From a virus: a stretch of 64,000 nt of DNA. Location: IMG/VR virus record IMGVR_UViG_3300032116_000159, positions 2,613 to 66,612 of that record, one strand, 5' to 3'. How positions within the stretch are numbered: the stretch's first letter is position 1; every line of letters starts with the position of its first letter. A program made the translations under genes and the position numbers. Shown in pieces: positions 1 to 8,719 of this stretch. A model generated the notes under the pieces. It worked only from the letters and a program-made list of their open reading frames with translations, did no database searches and was not told the DNA's origin.

Positions 1-1025
1 TTCCTACGGTACCTTGGCTACCAATTGTGCCTTGAGAACCTATGGTACCTTGTGTACCGGTAGCGCCCTGAGTTCCTATCGTTCCTTGTGAACCGGTTGT
101 GCCTTGTCGTCCTTGTGTACCCTGAGTGCCTTGACTGCCGATTGTACCTTGAGAGCCCGTAGTACCCTGACTACCAATTGTACCCTGACTACCGATCGTA
201 CCTTGGGCCCCAGTGATACCTTGTGTACCCTGAGTACCTTGAGAGCCCGTAGTACCAATAGTGCCTTGGCTGCCTACGGTACCTTGTGAGCCCGTAGTAC
301 CAATTGTACCCTGACTTCCAGTCGTACCCTGAGTTCCTTGTATACCTTGGCTACCAATTGTACCTTGTGAACCTATTGTGCCTTGAGACCCAGTGATGCC
401 TTGTGTACCTTGTGAGCCCTGAGTTCCTTGCGTTCCTTGTGAACCCGTAGTTCCTTGTGAACCCGTTGTACCTTGGGTACCCTGACTTCCAGTAGTACCT
501 TGTCGGCCTTGTGTACCCTGAGTGCCTTGAGAACCAATTGTGCCTTGCGATCCTAAGGTACCTTGTGAACCGGTCGTACCAATTGTACCTTGGGATCCCG
601 TAGTACCTTGAGTACCTTGTGTGCCTTGTGTACCTATAGTACCCTGAGATCCGATTGTACCTTGTGAACCGGTAGTACCTTGTGTGCCTTGTGAGCCCTG
701 AGTACCTTGAGTGCCTTGGCTACCGGTAGTACCAATTGTTCCTTGAGACCCAGTAGTACCTTGTGTTCCTTGAGATCCTACGGTTCCTTGTGAACCAATC
801 GTGCCTTGAGAGCCCGTAGTACCCTGAGTTCCTTGTGTGCCTTGGCTACCAATAGTACCTTGAGAACCTACGGTTCCTTGTGAACCAGTGATACCTTGTG
901 TGCCTTGTCGACCTTGTGTTCCTTGTGTACCTTGAGAACCCGTAGTACCCTGACTTCCTACGGTTCCTTGTGTGCCTTGTAAACCAATAGTACCTTGTGT
1001 TCCTTGTGTTCCTTGTGTGCCTTGT
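1..1025 (-). repeat. Gly-X-Y (GTQ-rich) collagen-like coding repeat
   Basis: Degenerate 9-bp periodicity (plus strand ccttgtgta/ccttgtgaa/ccttgagaa). Confidence 0.95.
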
Positions 1026-1936
1026 AAACTTAAATTGGTTCTGTATTTTACATTTCCTGTTCCGTCTAAAACAAGAACATTTGTTTCGTTTGTACCATTA
1101 GGTATTGCAGTGAATTTCGCAGTACTACCTGTCAGGCCTTGCGAAATATTTAAAGAACCGGAAACTCCGTACGATCCTGATAGTATTTTTGAATTTCTAT
1201 AAACTCTTGAACTGCTATCAAAAATTATTAAATCGCCGTTTTTCCTGTTTATTTCTAATACATCATGTAGTTCACCTAGTTCATAACCATTTATCACGTT
1301 CACATAAATCGTACCATCAACTGCCTGTGTGATTGTTCGGCCTAATCTTACACCATGGAAAGGTGCTATTGGAATAGTCGATGTGTATTGTCCACTTGCC
1401 GATAAATATAACATCGTTCCTGGTACGAATGCTGTGGTATTTATGCCTCGTATCAGTCCGTTTGTTATAACATAACCGGTGCCATTCGTAGATATATTTT
1501 GTGCTACAAATCCTAAAGTTGTCGCTGAATCTGTATCATCTGTCCAACTTGCCGTAGCTACGGTCGGTCTCTGACCACTCTCACCATTAATATAGACAAT
1601 TATTCCTTTAGTAAGTGTAAACGGGTTTGTATTGCGTACCCTAACTGCATTTTGATGACCGATTTCAATTGAAAAACCATTAATATCGGTATCGATATTT
1701 AAAGTTTTAGTGTCGTCGATCCATTGGAGCCTTCCAGTTAAAAATGGAGGAGTAGCTGTCGTAGTGAAATCGATATAATCGACAGTGGAAATGTGCGATT
1801 GTGTTACTAATAAGGACCCTGTAAGAGTTGCACCTTTCGTGAACTTTCCATACGAGGCTGTAACTGCGTTTGTTACAAATAGACTATTTAAACGCGCATC
1901 GGAACCCGATACGATTACTTTTTTCCAATTTGGCAT
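1..1936 (-). CDS. Collagen-like fibre protein, 3' end runs off the window
   Basis: Not in the ORF track because it has no stop in the window. ATG at 1936 gives MPNWKKVIVSGSDARLNSL..., a ~300-aa beta-rich region, then uninterrupted Gly-X-Y (GTQ/GSQ/GTI/GTT) from ~1025 to the window edge; AGGGA upstream. Confidence 0.85.
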   Translation of the reverse strand, partial: MPNWKKVIVSGSDARLNSLFVTNAVTASYGKFTKGATLTGSLLVTQSHISTVDYIDFTTTATPPFLTGRLQWIDDTKTLNIDTDINGFSIEIGHQNAVRVRNTNPFTLTKGIIVYINGESGQRPTVATASWTDDTDSATTLGFVAQNISTNGTGYVITNGLIRGINTTAFVPGTMLYLSASGQYTSTIPIAPFHGVRLGRTITQAVDGTIYVNVINGYELGELHDVLEINRKNGDLIIFDSSSRVYRNSKILSGSYGVSGSLNISQGLTGSTAKFTAIPNGTNETNVLVLDGTGNVKYRTNLSLQGTQGTQGTQGTIGLQGTQGTVGSQGTTGSQGTQGTQGRQGTQGITGSQGTVGSQGTIGSQGTQGTQGTTGSQGTIGSQGTVGSQGTQGTTGSQGTIGTTGSQGTQGTQGSQGTQGTTGSQGTIGSQGTIGTQGTQGTQGTTGSQGTIGTTGSQGTLGSQGTIGSQGTQGTQGRQGTTGSQGTQGTTGSQGTTGSQGTQGTQGSQGTQGITGSQGTIGSQGTIGSQGIQGTQGTTGSQGTIGTTGSQGTVGSQGTIGTTGSQGTQGTQGITGAQGTIGSQGTIGSQGTTGSQGTIGSQGTQGTQGRQGTTGSQGTIGTQGATGTQGTIGSQGTIGSQGTVG

Positions 1937-1945
1937 ACGTCCCTA

Positions 1946-1997
1946 TTTTGTGGTTGGAAACCCTAACTTAGAGCCCACTTCCTTTCGGCCTACAAAA
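1946..1997 (-). promoter_or_regulatory. Candidate structured 5' leader RNA (three-way junction with GAAA tetraloop)
   Basis: UUUUGU(A)GG pairs with CCACAAAA and encloses CC-GAAA-GG and UGG-GCUCUA-agu-UAGGGU-uu-CCA; ends just before the ribosome-binding site of the 1936 gene. Confidence 0.5.
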
Positions 1998-2007
1998 TTT
2001 TTTAGGC

Positions 2008-2175
2008 TTATTCACTAAGCCGTTCCTGTTCTGCCTTTTTTGTCAGTTCAAGAATTCTACTATAAATATCTGCAACAACAATCGCATCCTTGCCAAATAT
2101 TTGAATTTTTTCAACTGCGTTCTTGAGTATAACCAAATCTTGAAATGTGACTTTCAAATTATGTGACTTATCCAT
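2008..2175 (-). CDS. Small hypothetical protein (55 aa), possible fibre chaperone
   Basis: Manual translation MDKSHNLKVTFQDLVILKNAVEKIQIFGKDAIVVADIYSRILELTKKAEQERLSE*; overlaps the stop of the upstream gene. Confidence 0.7.
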   Translation of the reverse strand: MDKSHNLKVTFQDLVILKNAVEKIQIFGKDAIVVADIYSRILELTKKAEQERLSE

Positions 2176-2326
2176 GTAACTGTTTTTCTAATTTTTGAAC
2201 AATCGAATTTAATATTTTTACGTTTTCACCTTTGAAATTGGAAGCCGCAATAAAGTGTAATAGGAATTTAACCTCTACATCATCGAAGCCCGGTCGTTGT
2301 TCTTTTGCCTGTAAAAAACTTGCCAT
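2168..2326 (-). CDS. Small hypothetical protein (52 aa), loosely similar to 2008-2175
   Basis: Manual translation MASFLQAKEQRPGFDDVEVKFLLHFIAASNFKGENVKILNSIVQKLEKQLHG*; AAAGGT upstream. Confidence 0.7.
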   Translation of the reverse strand: MASFLQAKEQRPGFDDVEVKFLLHFIAASNFKGENVKILNSIVQKLEKQLHG

Positions 2327-2350
2327 AATTTATAACCTTTTAGTTTTCTG

Positions 2351-3616
2351 TTAAGAGTATATGTAAATATCACCACCAGAAGTTACACGTATATTTCCGT
2401 TTTTCTGATAGGCTGCTATATCTGTCATCGATGCCGCTTCGTCTACTACTGCTGCAACAAACGCATCAGGTACAATTGCAGTTGCAGTACCTGCGAGTTT
2501 TGTATTTGTCTGTAAAGAGAAACGTGCTGCTGTATCATACCAACCGAATGCTGCACCAGTGCCGGCCGTTTCAGTTTGTACAATGATACCACCATCGCCT
2601 GTTGCTGAACCAGAATTCAATAATATGAAACGGTCTTCCACGTTCAAATTCGCAACATTTACATTTACTGTCGTTCCTTGCACAAATAGATCACCGGCAA
2701 TATTAACATTGGTACCGAAAGTCGATGTACCGACAGTCAACACATCAGTACCGGCATTATACGTAAATCCGGTATCGCCAGTTACAGTATTCGAATCTGA
2801 CCAATAAGCTACCTGATTTGCAAGACCTGTACCATCTACAAGTGAGGTACCCCATACTCTTGAGTCGATCTCGTCGGATTTTACATTTCCCGTACCATCG
2901 ATAACAAGAACAGTAGTTTCACCGGCACCATCTAATAATGTACCATCCAACATTAATTGACTACCGGTAATCGATGTAGTCACGTCAAGTTTACCGGTCA
3001 CACCTAAAGTAGTACCATCGAATGTTAGATTCGCTTCCCCATTCAATGAATTCGAATCGGTAAATGTCGCTAAACGATTATCCACACCATTTGCAGCATC
3101 GACAAGTGTCGTTCCCCAAACACGTGTATCGATTTCATCGGATTTTACATTTCCGGTAGGATCGATTACTAATACAGTCGCTTCTGCTGCGCCGTCAAGT
3201 AATGTACCATCTAATCGTAAATTACTACCGGTAATTGCACCGGTTACATCTGCACGGCCGGTAACAGTTAATAGTGTACCGTCGAATGTAAGATTCGCTT
3301 CACCGTTTATTCCGGTTGATGTTGTCGATGTTATAATTCGATTATCGCCGGAGTTTGTATATGTTGTTACAGCTGATGGAGTAAGGCCTGTAAGTTGTGA
3401 ACCGTCACCTTTAAAAGAGCCGGTAAATGAACCGGTGAGTTGCACACCGGATGCACCGTTTGCGATTAGATTACCGGTACCGCTTATCGCTTTCGATGTT
3501 AGGTTGCCGGCATTTCCACCACCAATAACCGCCTGACTTGCGGTTAAGTTATCTACCTTTAATGCTGAAAATTGTGCCGCTGAACCTGATACGACGACCT
3601 TCTTCCATGTTGCCAT
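2351..3616 (-). CDS. Tail fibre-like structural protein with an internal 88-aa duplication
   Basis: G/T/S-rich beta-type sequence; NGEANLTFDGT repeats 264 nt apart; N-terminus MATWKKVVVSGS matches the 1936 gene; AAGGA SD. Confidence 0.75.
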   Translation of the reverse strand: MATWKKVVVSGSAAQFSALKVDNLTASQAVIGGGNAGNLTSKAISGTGNLIANGASGVQLTGSFTGSFKGDGSQLTGLTPSAVTTYTNSGDNRIITSTTSTGINGEANLTFDGTLLTVTGRADVTGAITGSNLRLDGTLLDGAAEATVLVIDPTGNVKSDEIDTRVWGTTLVDAANGVDNRLATFTDSNSLNGEANLTFDGTTLGVTGKLDVTTSITGSQLMLDGTLLDGAGETTVLVIDGTGNVKSDEIDSRVWGTSLVDGTGLANQVAYWSDSNTVTGDTGFTYNAGTDVLTVGTSTFGTNVNIAGDLFVQGTTVNVNVANLNVEDRFILLNSGSATGDGGIIVQTETAGTGAAFGWYDTAARFSLQTNTKLAGTATAIVPDAFVAAVVDEAASMTDIAAYQKNGNIRVTSGGDIYIYS

Positions 3617-3631
3617 TGTTATTCCTTTACA

Positions 3632-4090
3632 TTATACACCGAAAAACAAATCGCCATTATAAAAATATAGGCCGCCTGATACCGGTGTCTTTAATTGAGT
3701 GTGCATTTTAAAAACTGCAATTTCATCTGTTGTTATTTTGAAAATATTCGAATCGTTATCCGTTTTTATTGCGAACGGGTCATCAGTACCATTTGCAGTG
3801 ATTTCGGCGTAACCGTCGATCTGCAACTTCTGTGTGTCGTTCTCAAATATAAATATGGGCTTATAGGTCGAATTATAGTATTCTCCGAAACCATTTACAG
3901 AAATTTTTTCATCCGCGTACCAATAGTCGCCATTTGACTGGTATGTAAATAGATTTGATGCGTTACCACCGATAAAAATAGGTGTGCCGTGTTCGACAAC
4001 TCGAACAATATTCTGTTCTTCGCTAACCGAAACATAATTGCGTTCTTCGGTTACCTTTACGGTATTTTTATCGATTCTTACATTTGCCAT
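3632..4090 (-). CDS. Hypothetical virion-associated protein
   Basis: 152-aa ORF coupled to the upstream gene; C-terminal GGLYFYNGDLFFG resembles a fibre-tip motif. Confidence 0.6.
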   Translation of the reverse strand: MANVRIDKNTVKVTEERNYVSVSEEQNIVRVVEHGTPIFIGGNASNLFTYQSNGDYWYADEKISVNGFGEYYNSTYKPIFIFENDTQKLQIDGYAEITANGTDDPFAIKTDNDSNIFKITTDEIAVFKMHTQLKTPVSGGLYFYNGDLFFGV

Positions 4091-4479
4091 TATCGAGTCA
4101 CATTATATTTTGTCGTTATCGTGCCCTCTAATAATCTGACAACATATTCAGGATCTGTTTTTGTATACGGATCTGAAGAGGTGAATATTTCTAAATCGTA
4201 AAAGTACATGTCTTTCACTAAATTATTTGTGTCAGCTGCACTAATATATACGCTTAAAGAACCACTCGTACCAGTTATTGCAATTGAGGATTTGTTCGCA
4301 GTCGAACCGCTCGAGTGTAACGATAAAGATGTCGCTGCGCTACCAGGATCTGTACGTAATTGCATACGAGCATTGTATCCTGTAAGATTCTTTATACTAC
4401 CGGTCGCATCCGTATATTCTACAGTGATTACTTTTGTAGAACCACGATTGATTATAAAATTGTAGTTTTGGCAGCTCAA
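4090..4479 (-). CDS. BppU-like / fibre-attachment Ig-like protein
   Basis: YNFII.RGST, NLTGYNARMQLR, YFYDLEI and RLLEGTIT pattern; TTG start with GAGGA SD. Confidence 0.6.
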   Translation of the reverse strand: MSCQNYNFIINRGSTKVITVEYTDATGSIKNLTGYNARMQLRTDPGSAATSLSLHSSGSTANKSSIAITGTSGSLSVYISAADTNNLVKDMYFYDLEIFTSSDPYTKTDPEYVVRLLEGTITTKYNVTR

Positions 4480-4491
4480 TATATTTCCTCA

Positions 4492-4827
4492 TTATACGTC
4501 TTCAATTATCTCGTCTTTAAACCGCTCCACTTTTTTTAGTGCTGCGTATGCGGCCTTATACGCATTTTCATCACCATTTACATCGTAGGGAAATTCGATT
4601 CCGAAATGATGTAACGGCCTTGCATTATTCATACGTGCTTCCTCATCAGGAAACACAAATATACTCGCCACGTTTTCGTGACGTTTATCGTATTTCAATA
4701 TAAGTGAACCGTCGGCTTGTTCTTCGTATCTTTCTGTGAATTCACTTCCCAATACTATTTTTTTAACCTGTAAATACGCACCAGGATAAAAATCACCATT
4801 CACTTCATAATTCATTTTCAATGCCAT
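4492..4827 (-). CDS. Hypothetical protein
   Basis: 111-aa ORF behind the late-promoter motif; AAAGGT SD. Confidence 0.7.
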   Translation of the reverse strand: MALKMNYEVNGDFYPGAYLQVKKIVLGSEFTERYEEQADGSLILKYDKRHENVASIFVFPDEEARMNNARPLHHFGIEFPYDVNGDENAYKAAYAALKKVERFKDEIIEDV

Positions 4828-4840
4828 AGAAACCTTTTTA

Positions 4841-4850
4841 TATAAATATC
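4841..4850 (-). promoter_or_regulatory. Putative late promoter GATATTTATA
   Basis: Motif recurs 10-30 nt upstream of many structural genes. Confidence 0.6.
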
Positions 4851-4881
4851 AGTTTTGATTTGTTTACTTAGGTATATAGAC

Positions 4882-4912
4882 AAAAAAATAGGCACCTTGT
4901 GAGTGCCTATTT
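4882..4912 (-). terminator. Intrinsic terminator after the major capsid gene
   Basis: AAATAGGCAC/GTGCCTATTT stem followed by a U-run on the minus strand. Confidence 0.85.
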
Positions 4913-4934
4913 ATATTAATCTACCTTGACAGGC

Positions 4935-6560
4935 TTAGATAGTATTCAAACCTTCAACAAAGATCTTACCGTAGAATTCAGGACGCAGCATTTCTTTTGC
5001 GTATCTTGTCATCACGGCTTTTCTTGGTGTAAAGTTATCAGGATCGTGTACAAGCGGTGTCATAATCAATGGAATGTATGGAGCGTATACGGCACCTGTT
5101 TCCAAATATTGTGTTCCTCTGTATCCCATCAAAATTACATTTTCTTTCATGTAAGGTGATTTGTATACAGTGAAACGATTATTGATTGTACCGATCTTGT
5201 GAGATCCCATACTAAACTGATTTCTGCTTCCGTCTGTGTCGGCTGCATAACCAGGAATCGATTCGAGTACAGTTGCTACAGTTGGTGAGGTAACCAAGAA
5301 GTTTGCACCACCTCTAAACGTTAATCTATCGATTTCGTTAGATACTGCTTGGATCTTAGTTCCCAATGTTTGGAACCATGTACCTTGATTGTATGCAGCA
5401 GCGTTTGCAGCTGTTTGACTGAATGCGTTTGTATCAGGATTATATTCGTATCCTAAACGTGCTGACCAATATTTAGTCGTTTGAGCGTTCAATCTCAACA
5501 TGTCTAAGATTTCCAAATCGATTTCTCTCGCAACATATTCACCAAGGATACCGGTTAATTCTGCTTCTGCATCGATGTTCTGGTATGCGTTGATGTCCTG
5601 TGCGAATTCAGGTGTCCACATTGCCTTCAGTTTACGTGTCTTTGCAGTTAACGCTTGGCTATGGAACTCAAGGTTCAATTCAGGAATATCTAATGGATCT
5701 TGACCAGTTTTGTTCTCTTCAAAATCACCTCTTGTAACATCAGTAGGTTGCTTCTGATAGTAAACTGCCAAGTTAGCGATCTGTGTTGCTGAACCAGAAA
5801 TTACAAATGTAATTTGAGTTTTTGCAGCATTGATCGAAGTGAACTGATTGAACTGCGTGTCGATTCCTGTACCACTAACCGTAAATGCACGTACACCTTC
5901 CAAATCAGGATTTGTCAAAGAACTAACTGCGATAGTCAATTTTTTGATTTTTGCAGAGTCAACAACTGAACTTGAGAATTCGCTATCGAAGTTTACATCT
6001 GATGACAGATTACAACTTGAGAATACGCCTTTAGTTGCAGTTGGCGTACCAGATGAACTTGCGATAAGTCCAGTCTTACTGTAATCGTTGATTGAATATG
6101 CGAATCGTCCTGCACCATAAAGACCACCGGTTGCAACTGCTTCACCCTTAGATGCATCAGTTACACCCCAAATCGAGTCTTCTTGTGAATCTTTACCAGA
6201 ACCACTTGCGAAACCTGGTTGTCCAGTACCATACTTGAATTCCAACCAGAACACGAGTCCTGAAGGTAAATTCATCGGCTGTACCGAAACAAAGTCCTTT
6301 GCAGTGATTTCACCGAAAATTCTTCTAATCAACGGTAACGCAACACCAGCCCATTCTTCTGAACCGGCAGCTGTTCCTGTTCTGTTTGCTTCAACTACCA
6401 ATTGCTTCGCTTGGTTTTCTAAGAGTTGAGCAACATTTCCTTTGTCAAGATCTGACAAGTTTTCTAATAGCCCTGTTTTTTCCCACTTTGAGGTCAGTGC
6501 TACTACATCTTTACGCCTTTGAACGTGTGCGTTCTTTGGCAATAAATTATCAATATTCAT
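4935..6560 (-). CDS. gp23: Major capsid protein, T4 gp23 family
   Basis: KWEKTGLLE, LLENQ, VSVQPMNLPSGLVF, AKTRKLKA.WTPE.AQD, DAEAEL, EID.EI, YAPYIPL, DPDNFTPRK.VMTRY motifs. Confidence 0.97.
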   Translation of the reverse strand: MNIDNLLPKNAHVQRRKDVVALTSKWEKTGLLENLSDLDKGNVAQLLENQAKQLVVEANRTGTAAGSEEWAGVALPLIRRIFGEITAKDFVSVQPMNLPSGLVFWLEFKYGTGQPGFASGSGKDSQEDSIWGVTDASKGEAVATGGLYGAGRFAYSINDYSKTGLIASSSGTPTATKGVFSSCNLSSDVNFDSEFSSSVVDSAKIKKLTIAVSSLTNPDLEGVRAFTVSGTGIDTQFNQFTSINAAKTQITFVISGSATQIANLAVYYQKQPTDVTRGDFEENKTGQDPLDIPELNLEFHSQALTAKTRKLKAMWTPEFAQDINAYQNIDAEAELTGILGEYVAREIDLEILDMLRLNAQTTKYWSARLGYEYNPDTNAFSQTAANAAAYNQGTWFQTLGTKIQAVSNEIDRLTFRGGANFLVTSPTVATVLESIPGYAADTDGSRNQFSMGSHKIGTINNRFTVYKSPYMKENVILMGYRGTQYLETGAVYAPYIPLIMTPLVHDPDNFTPRKAVMTRYAKEMLRPEFYGKIFVEGLNTI

Positions 6561-6582
6561 GCTTTTCCTTTAGTTTTTAAAT

Positions 6583-7500
6583 TTACTTAATACCTGCTAA
6601 TTCTTTCCATCTTGAAGCGAACGCATACTGATTATTCGGTGTGTTCTTAATAGAACGCATAGGCTTCGATGCAGATTCTACAATTTGGTTTTTCGTATTT
6701 GTTTTAGCCTGTCTGTCCAAACTTTCACAAATCGTAGCATATACCAATTTAACTTCTCTGATCGTTTGTGCCCTGTCGAATGCCTCAAGTATTTTCACTT
6801 GCTTCTGTGCAGATAGTTTATTAGCACTTGTAATCTTAGTCAAAAACAACAATTTAGAATTCAAAAGATTTACTTCGTTAATTGCGTTTTTCTGTGTTGT
6901 AATTGCACGGTAAGCCTCTTTAAGTTGGGCTTTCGCTTCAGATAACTCTCTGCGTAAACGACGGTTTTCAGACTGCATTTCTTTTTCTGTTTCCATATCG
7001 TCTTCTTCGTACTTCATATCATCTTCCGCGTCACCTTCGAGTTCCGCAAGAATCTCATCGAGTCCACTCATTAAGTCGTCTTCATCATCTGGTTCTTCTT
7101 CGTCATCTTCCGGTTCTTCCATGTCCATACTATCGCCGCCTTCTTCACCTTCAAGTTCTGCAAGAATTTCCGCAAGGTCCATTTCGTCATCTGCTGGTTC
7201 TTCTTCGTCATCCATTGCAGGCACCATGTCGTCTTCTTCTGCGAGTCCGTCATAATCAGGATTCGCGTCGTCATACGTTTCATCTGAATACTCTTCGCCC
7301 ATTGTGTCTTCAGTATCGGTTGGCATTACGTCTTCTTCGTCATCCATGCCTTCTTCTTCTGAAAGTTTCTGAGTGATTAATTGTCTTACCGTCGGTTCGA
7401 ATGCTTCTTTCAGTCGACCGATTGCCGTTTGAACTGCGGTTTCTCTAACTGCTTTTGCATCAGCGATAGCCTCGTTCAAAAGATTTGAATCTAATTTCAT
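6583..7500 (-). CDS. Prohead core scaffolding protein, gp22-like
   Basis: Highly acidic middle with repeated EILAELE, C-terminal coiled coil, ends RWKELAGIK; immediately upstream of the capsid gene. Confidence 0.85.
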   Translation of the reverse strand: MKLDSNLLNEAIADAKAVRETAVQTAIGRLKEAFEPTVRQLITQKLSEEEGMDDEEDVMPTDTEDTMGEEYSDETYDDANPDYDGLAEEDDMVPAMDDEEEPADDEMDLAEILAELEGEEGGDSMDMEEPEDDEEEPDDEDDLMSGLDEILAELEGDAEDDMKYEEDDMETEKEMQSENRRLRRELSEAKAQLKEAYRAITTQKNAINEVNLLNSKLLFLTKITSANKLSAQKQVKILEAFDRAQTIREVKLVYATICESLDRQAKTNTKNQIVESASKPMRSIKNTPNNQYAFASRWKELAGIK

Positions 7501-7525
7501 ACAAAATTTCCTTGATTTTTGTAAT

Positions 7526-7608
7526 TTAAGATTATTTAGAATCTTAATAGGTGTGTTCTATAATAGAGGGACCGAATATTAGTATTCGATATAATACTAT
7601 ATATATTT
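7526..7608 (-). promoter_or_regulatory. Late-promoter variant plus hairpin-rich leader of the scaffold-capsid operon
   Basis: ATATATATAG at ~7597-7606; stems TTAAGATT/AATCTTAA (7526-7547), TCTA/TAGA and CGAATA/TATTCG (7573-7588). Confidence 0.45.
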
Positions 7609-7631
7609 TGCAAAATAGAAATAACTCGATT

Positions 7632-7862
7632 TTAGCGATCGTGTTTTATAAATTTGTTTCTGTGTTTTGCTTTGTCAAGTAACTCTTTTCTGAGTATTGA
7701 AGGTTTAACGTATTCACGTTTATCGAATAGTGTTTTGACCTTTCCTGAGTTTTTCAGTTCCTGCTTCCAAACACGAATCGCTAAACCTAAATCGCCATCA
7801 ACAACTCTTGCACCAATACCACCAGGCAGTAGTGATAAAAACCGTTTTTCTTTTTTGTTCAT
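7632..7862 (-). CDS. rpsU: Ribosomal protein bS21 (phage-encoded)
   Basis: VVDGDLGLAIRVWKQELKNSGKVKTLFDKREYVKPSILRKE fits the bS21 pattern (AL/I-R-x-F/W-K...G...R-x-Y/F-x-KPS-x-x-R); start reassigned to MNKKEK at 7862; sits among head genes as reported for bS21 phages. Confidence 0.8.
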   Translation of the reverse strand: MNKKEKRFLSLLPGGIGARVVDGDLGLAIRVWKQELKNSGKVKTLFDKREYVKPSILRKELLDKAKHRNKFIKHDR

Positions 7863-7894
7863 TGTAGAATTTTTAATAAGTAGTATTTTAGATT

Positions 7895-8221
7895 TTAACG
7901 AGTACTCATATTTTTCAAAATATTCCCAAATTTCTTTTCGAAATTTTTCGCAGTCGCATTCCATCTGTTTTTAAATTCATCAATTGGAATTTCACCGTAC
8001 ATCTCATCGATCAACATTTCAGTTTCCATTAAAAAATCATCGACGGTATCTTGTACTATTTGTGTGGCAATTTGACGACCATACTCGTTAAGTTTCGGAT
8101 TAGATGATTGTGGTATACCAGATTTCATTTTAGTCTCGTCTAAATACTGTCGAGTCATCAGTTCGACAACCTTTGAAATTTTTTCACGAATTACCTCTGT
8201 CGTATTCGATCTACTTTTCAT
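7895..8221 (-). CDS. Hypothetical protein, candidate head cargo
   Basis: 108 aa; amphipathic VIREKISKVVEL and YLDE/KLNE sites. Confidence 0.65.
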   Translation of the reverse strand: MKSRSNTTEVIREKISKVVELMTRQYLDETKMKSGIPQSSNPKLNEYGRQIATQIVQDTVDDFLMETEMLIDEMYGEIPIDEFKNRWNATAKNFEKKFGNILKNMSTR

Positions 8222-8222
8222 A

Positions 8223-8717
8223 TTAGCATTTCCTTTTTTTCTTCGTTTCCGGTAGTGCAGTATATCCTACAGGATTTTGTTTGCCGATTTCGTATTCTAA
8301 ATATTCTGCGGCCGCACTTACATTATGTTTAGCATCGATTATTTTTGTTTGCCACCAGTGAGGAAAATCGACCGGTGACTGTAAATTCTTTACGAGTTTG
8401 CATAATTCGGCTGCGTCTTTTGCTATTGAATATAAATCCGATTTTATCATTTCGAGTTCATCTTCATCATGACTTAAATCTAACGCTTCCTTTTTAACCG
8501 GCAAACCTTTATGTTTTGTTTTAGCGAATTTTTCTAATTCCTTTTCTGACATTTTGTACATTTCTTTAGATGCACCTTTTAATGAAGATACTGGAATGTC
8601 GCCTCTTTTTGCTGCCAATGCTGCACCGGCTGCTTGTTGTTGGTCTTGTGATACCGATTTTTCGTTTATAACTTCGCTAACTGCTTGTCGTATATATGTT
8701 CGGATTTTATTTTGCAC
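8223..8717 (-). CDS. DUF3008-like domain protein with cargo-type leader
   Basis: SQDQQQAAGAALAAKRG...LKGASKEMYKMSEKELEKFAKTKHKGLP recalled as DUF3008; leader KIRTYIRQAVSEVINE; GTG start. Confidence 0.7.
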   Translation of the reverse strand: MQNKIRTYIRQAVSEVINEKSVSQDQQQAAGAALAAKRGDIPVSSLKGASKEMYKMSEKELEKFAKTKHKGLPVKKEALDLSHDEDELEMIKSDLYSIAKDAAELCKLVKNLQSPVDFPHWWQTKIIDAKHNVSAAAEYLEYEIGKQNPVGYTALPETKKKRKC

Positions 8718-8719
8718 TG

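Noticed and set aside
1970-1995. AGGCCGAAAGGAAG resembles the SRP RNA domain IV loop
   Set aside because: Lacks the AGCAG internal loop and the long flanking helix; kept only as an unknown structured leader
2061-2070. Late-promoter motif copy inside the 2008-2175 gene
   Set aside because: It lies in coding sequence (ADIYS); it could drive the collagen gene leader but cannot be distinguished from chance here
7863-7964. N-terminal extensions in the ORF track (7964, 15973, 28670, 47441, 48448, 58625, 62400)
   Set aside because: They overlap upstream genes; downstream ATGs fit better with gene spacing and, in several cases, SD or promoter position
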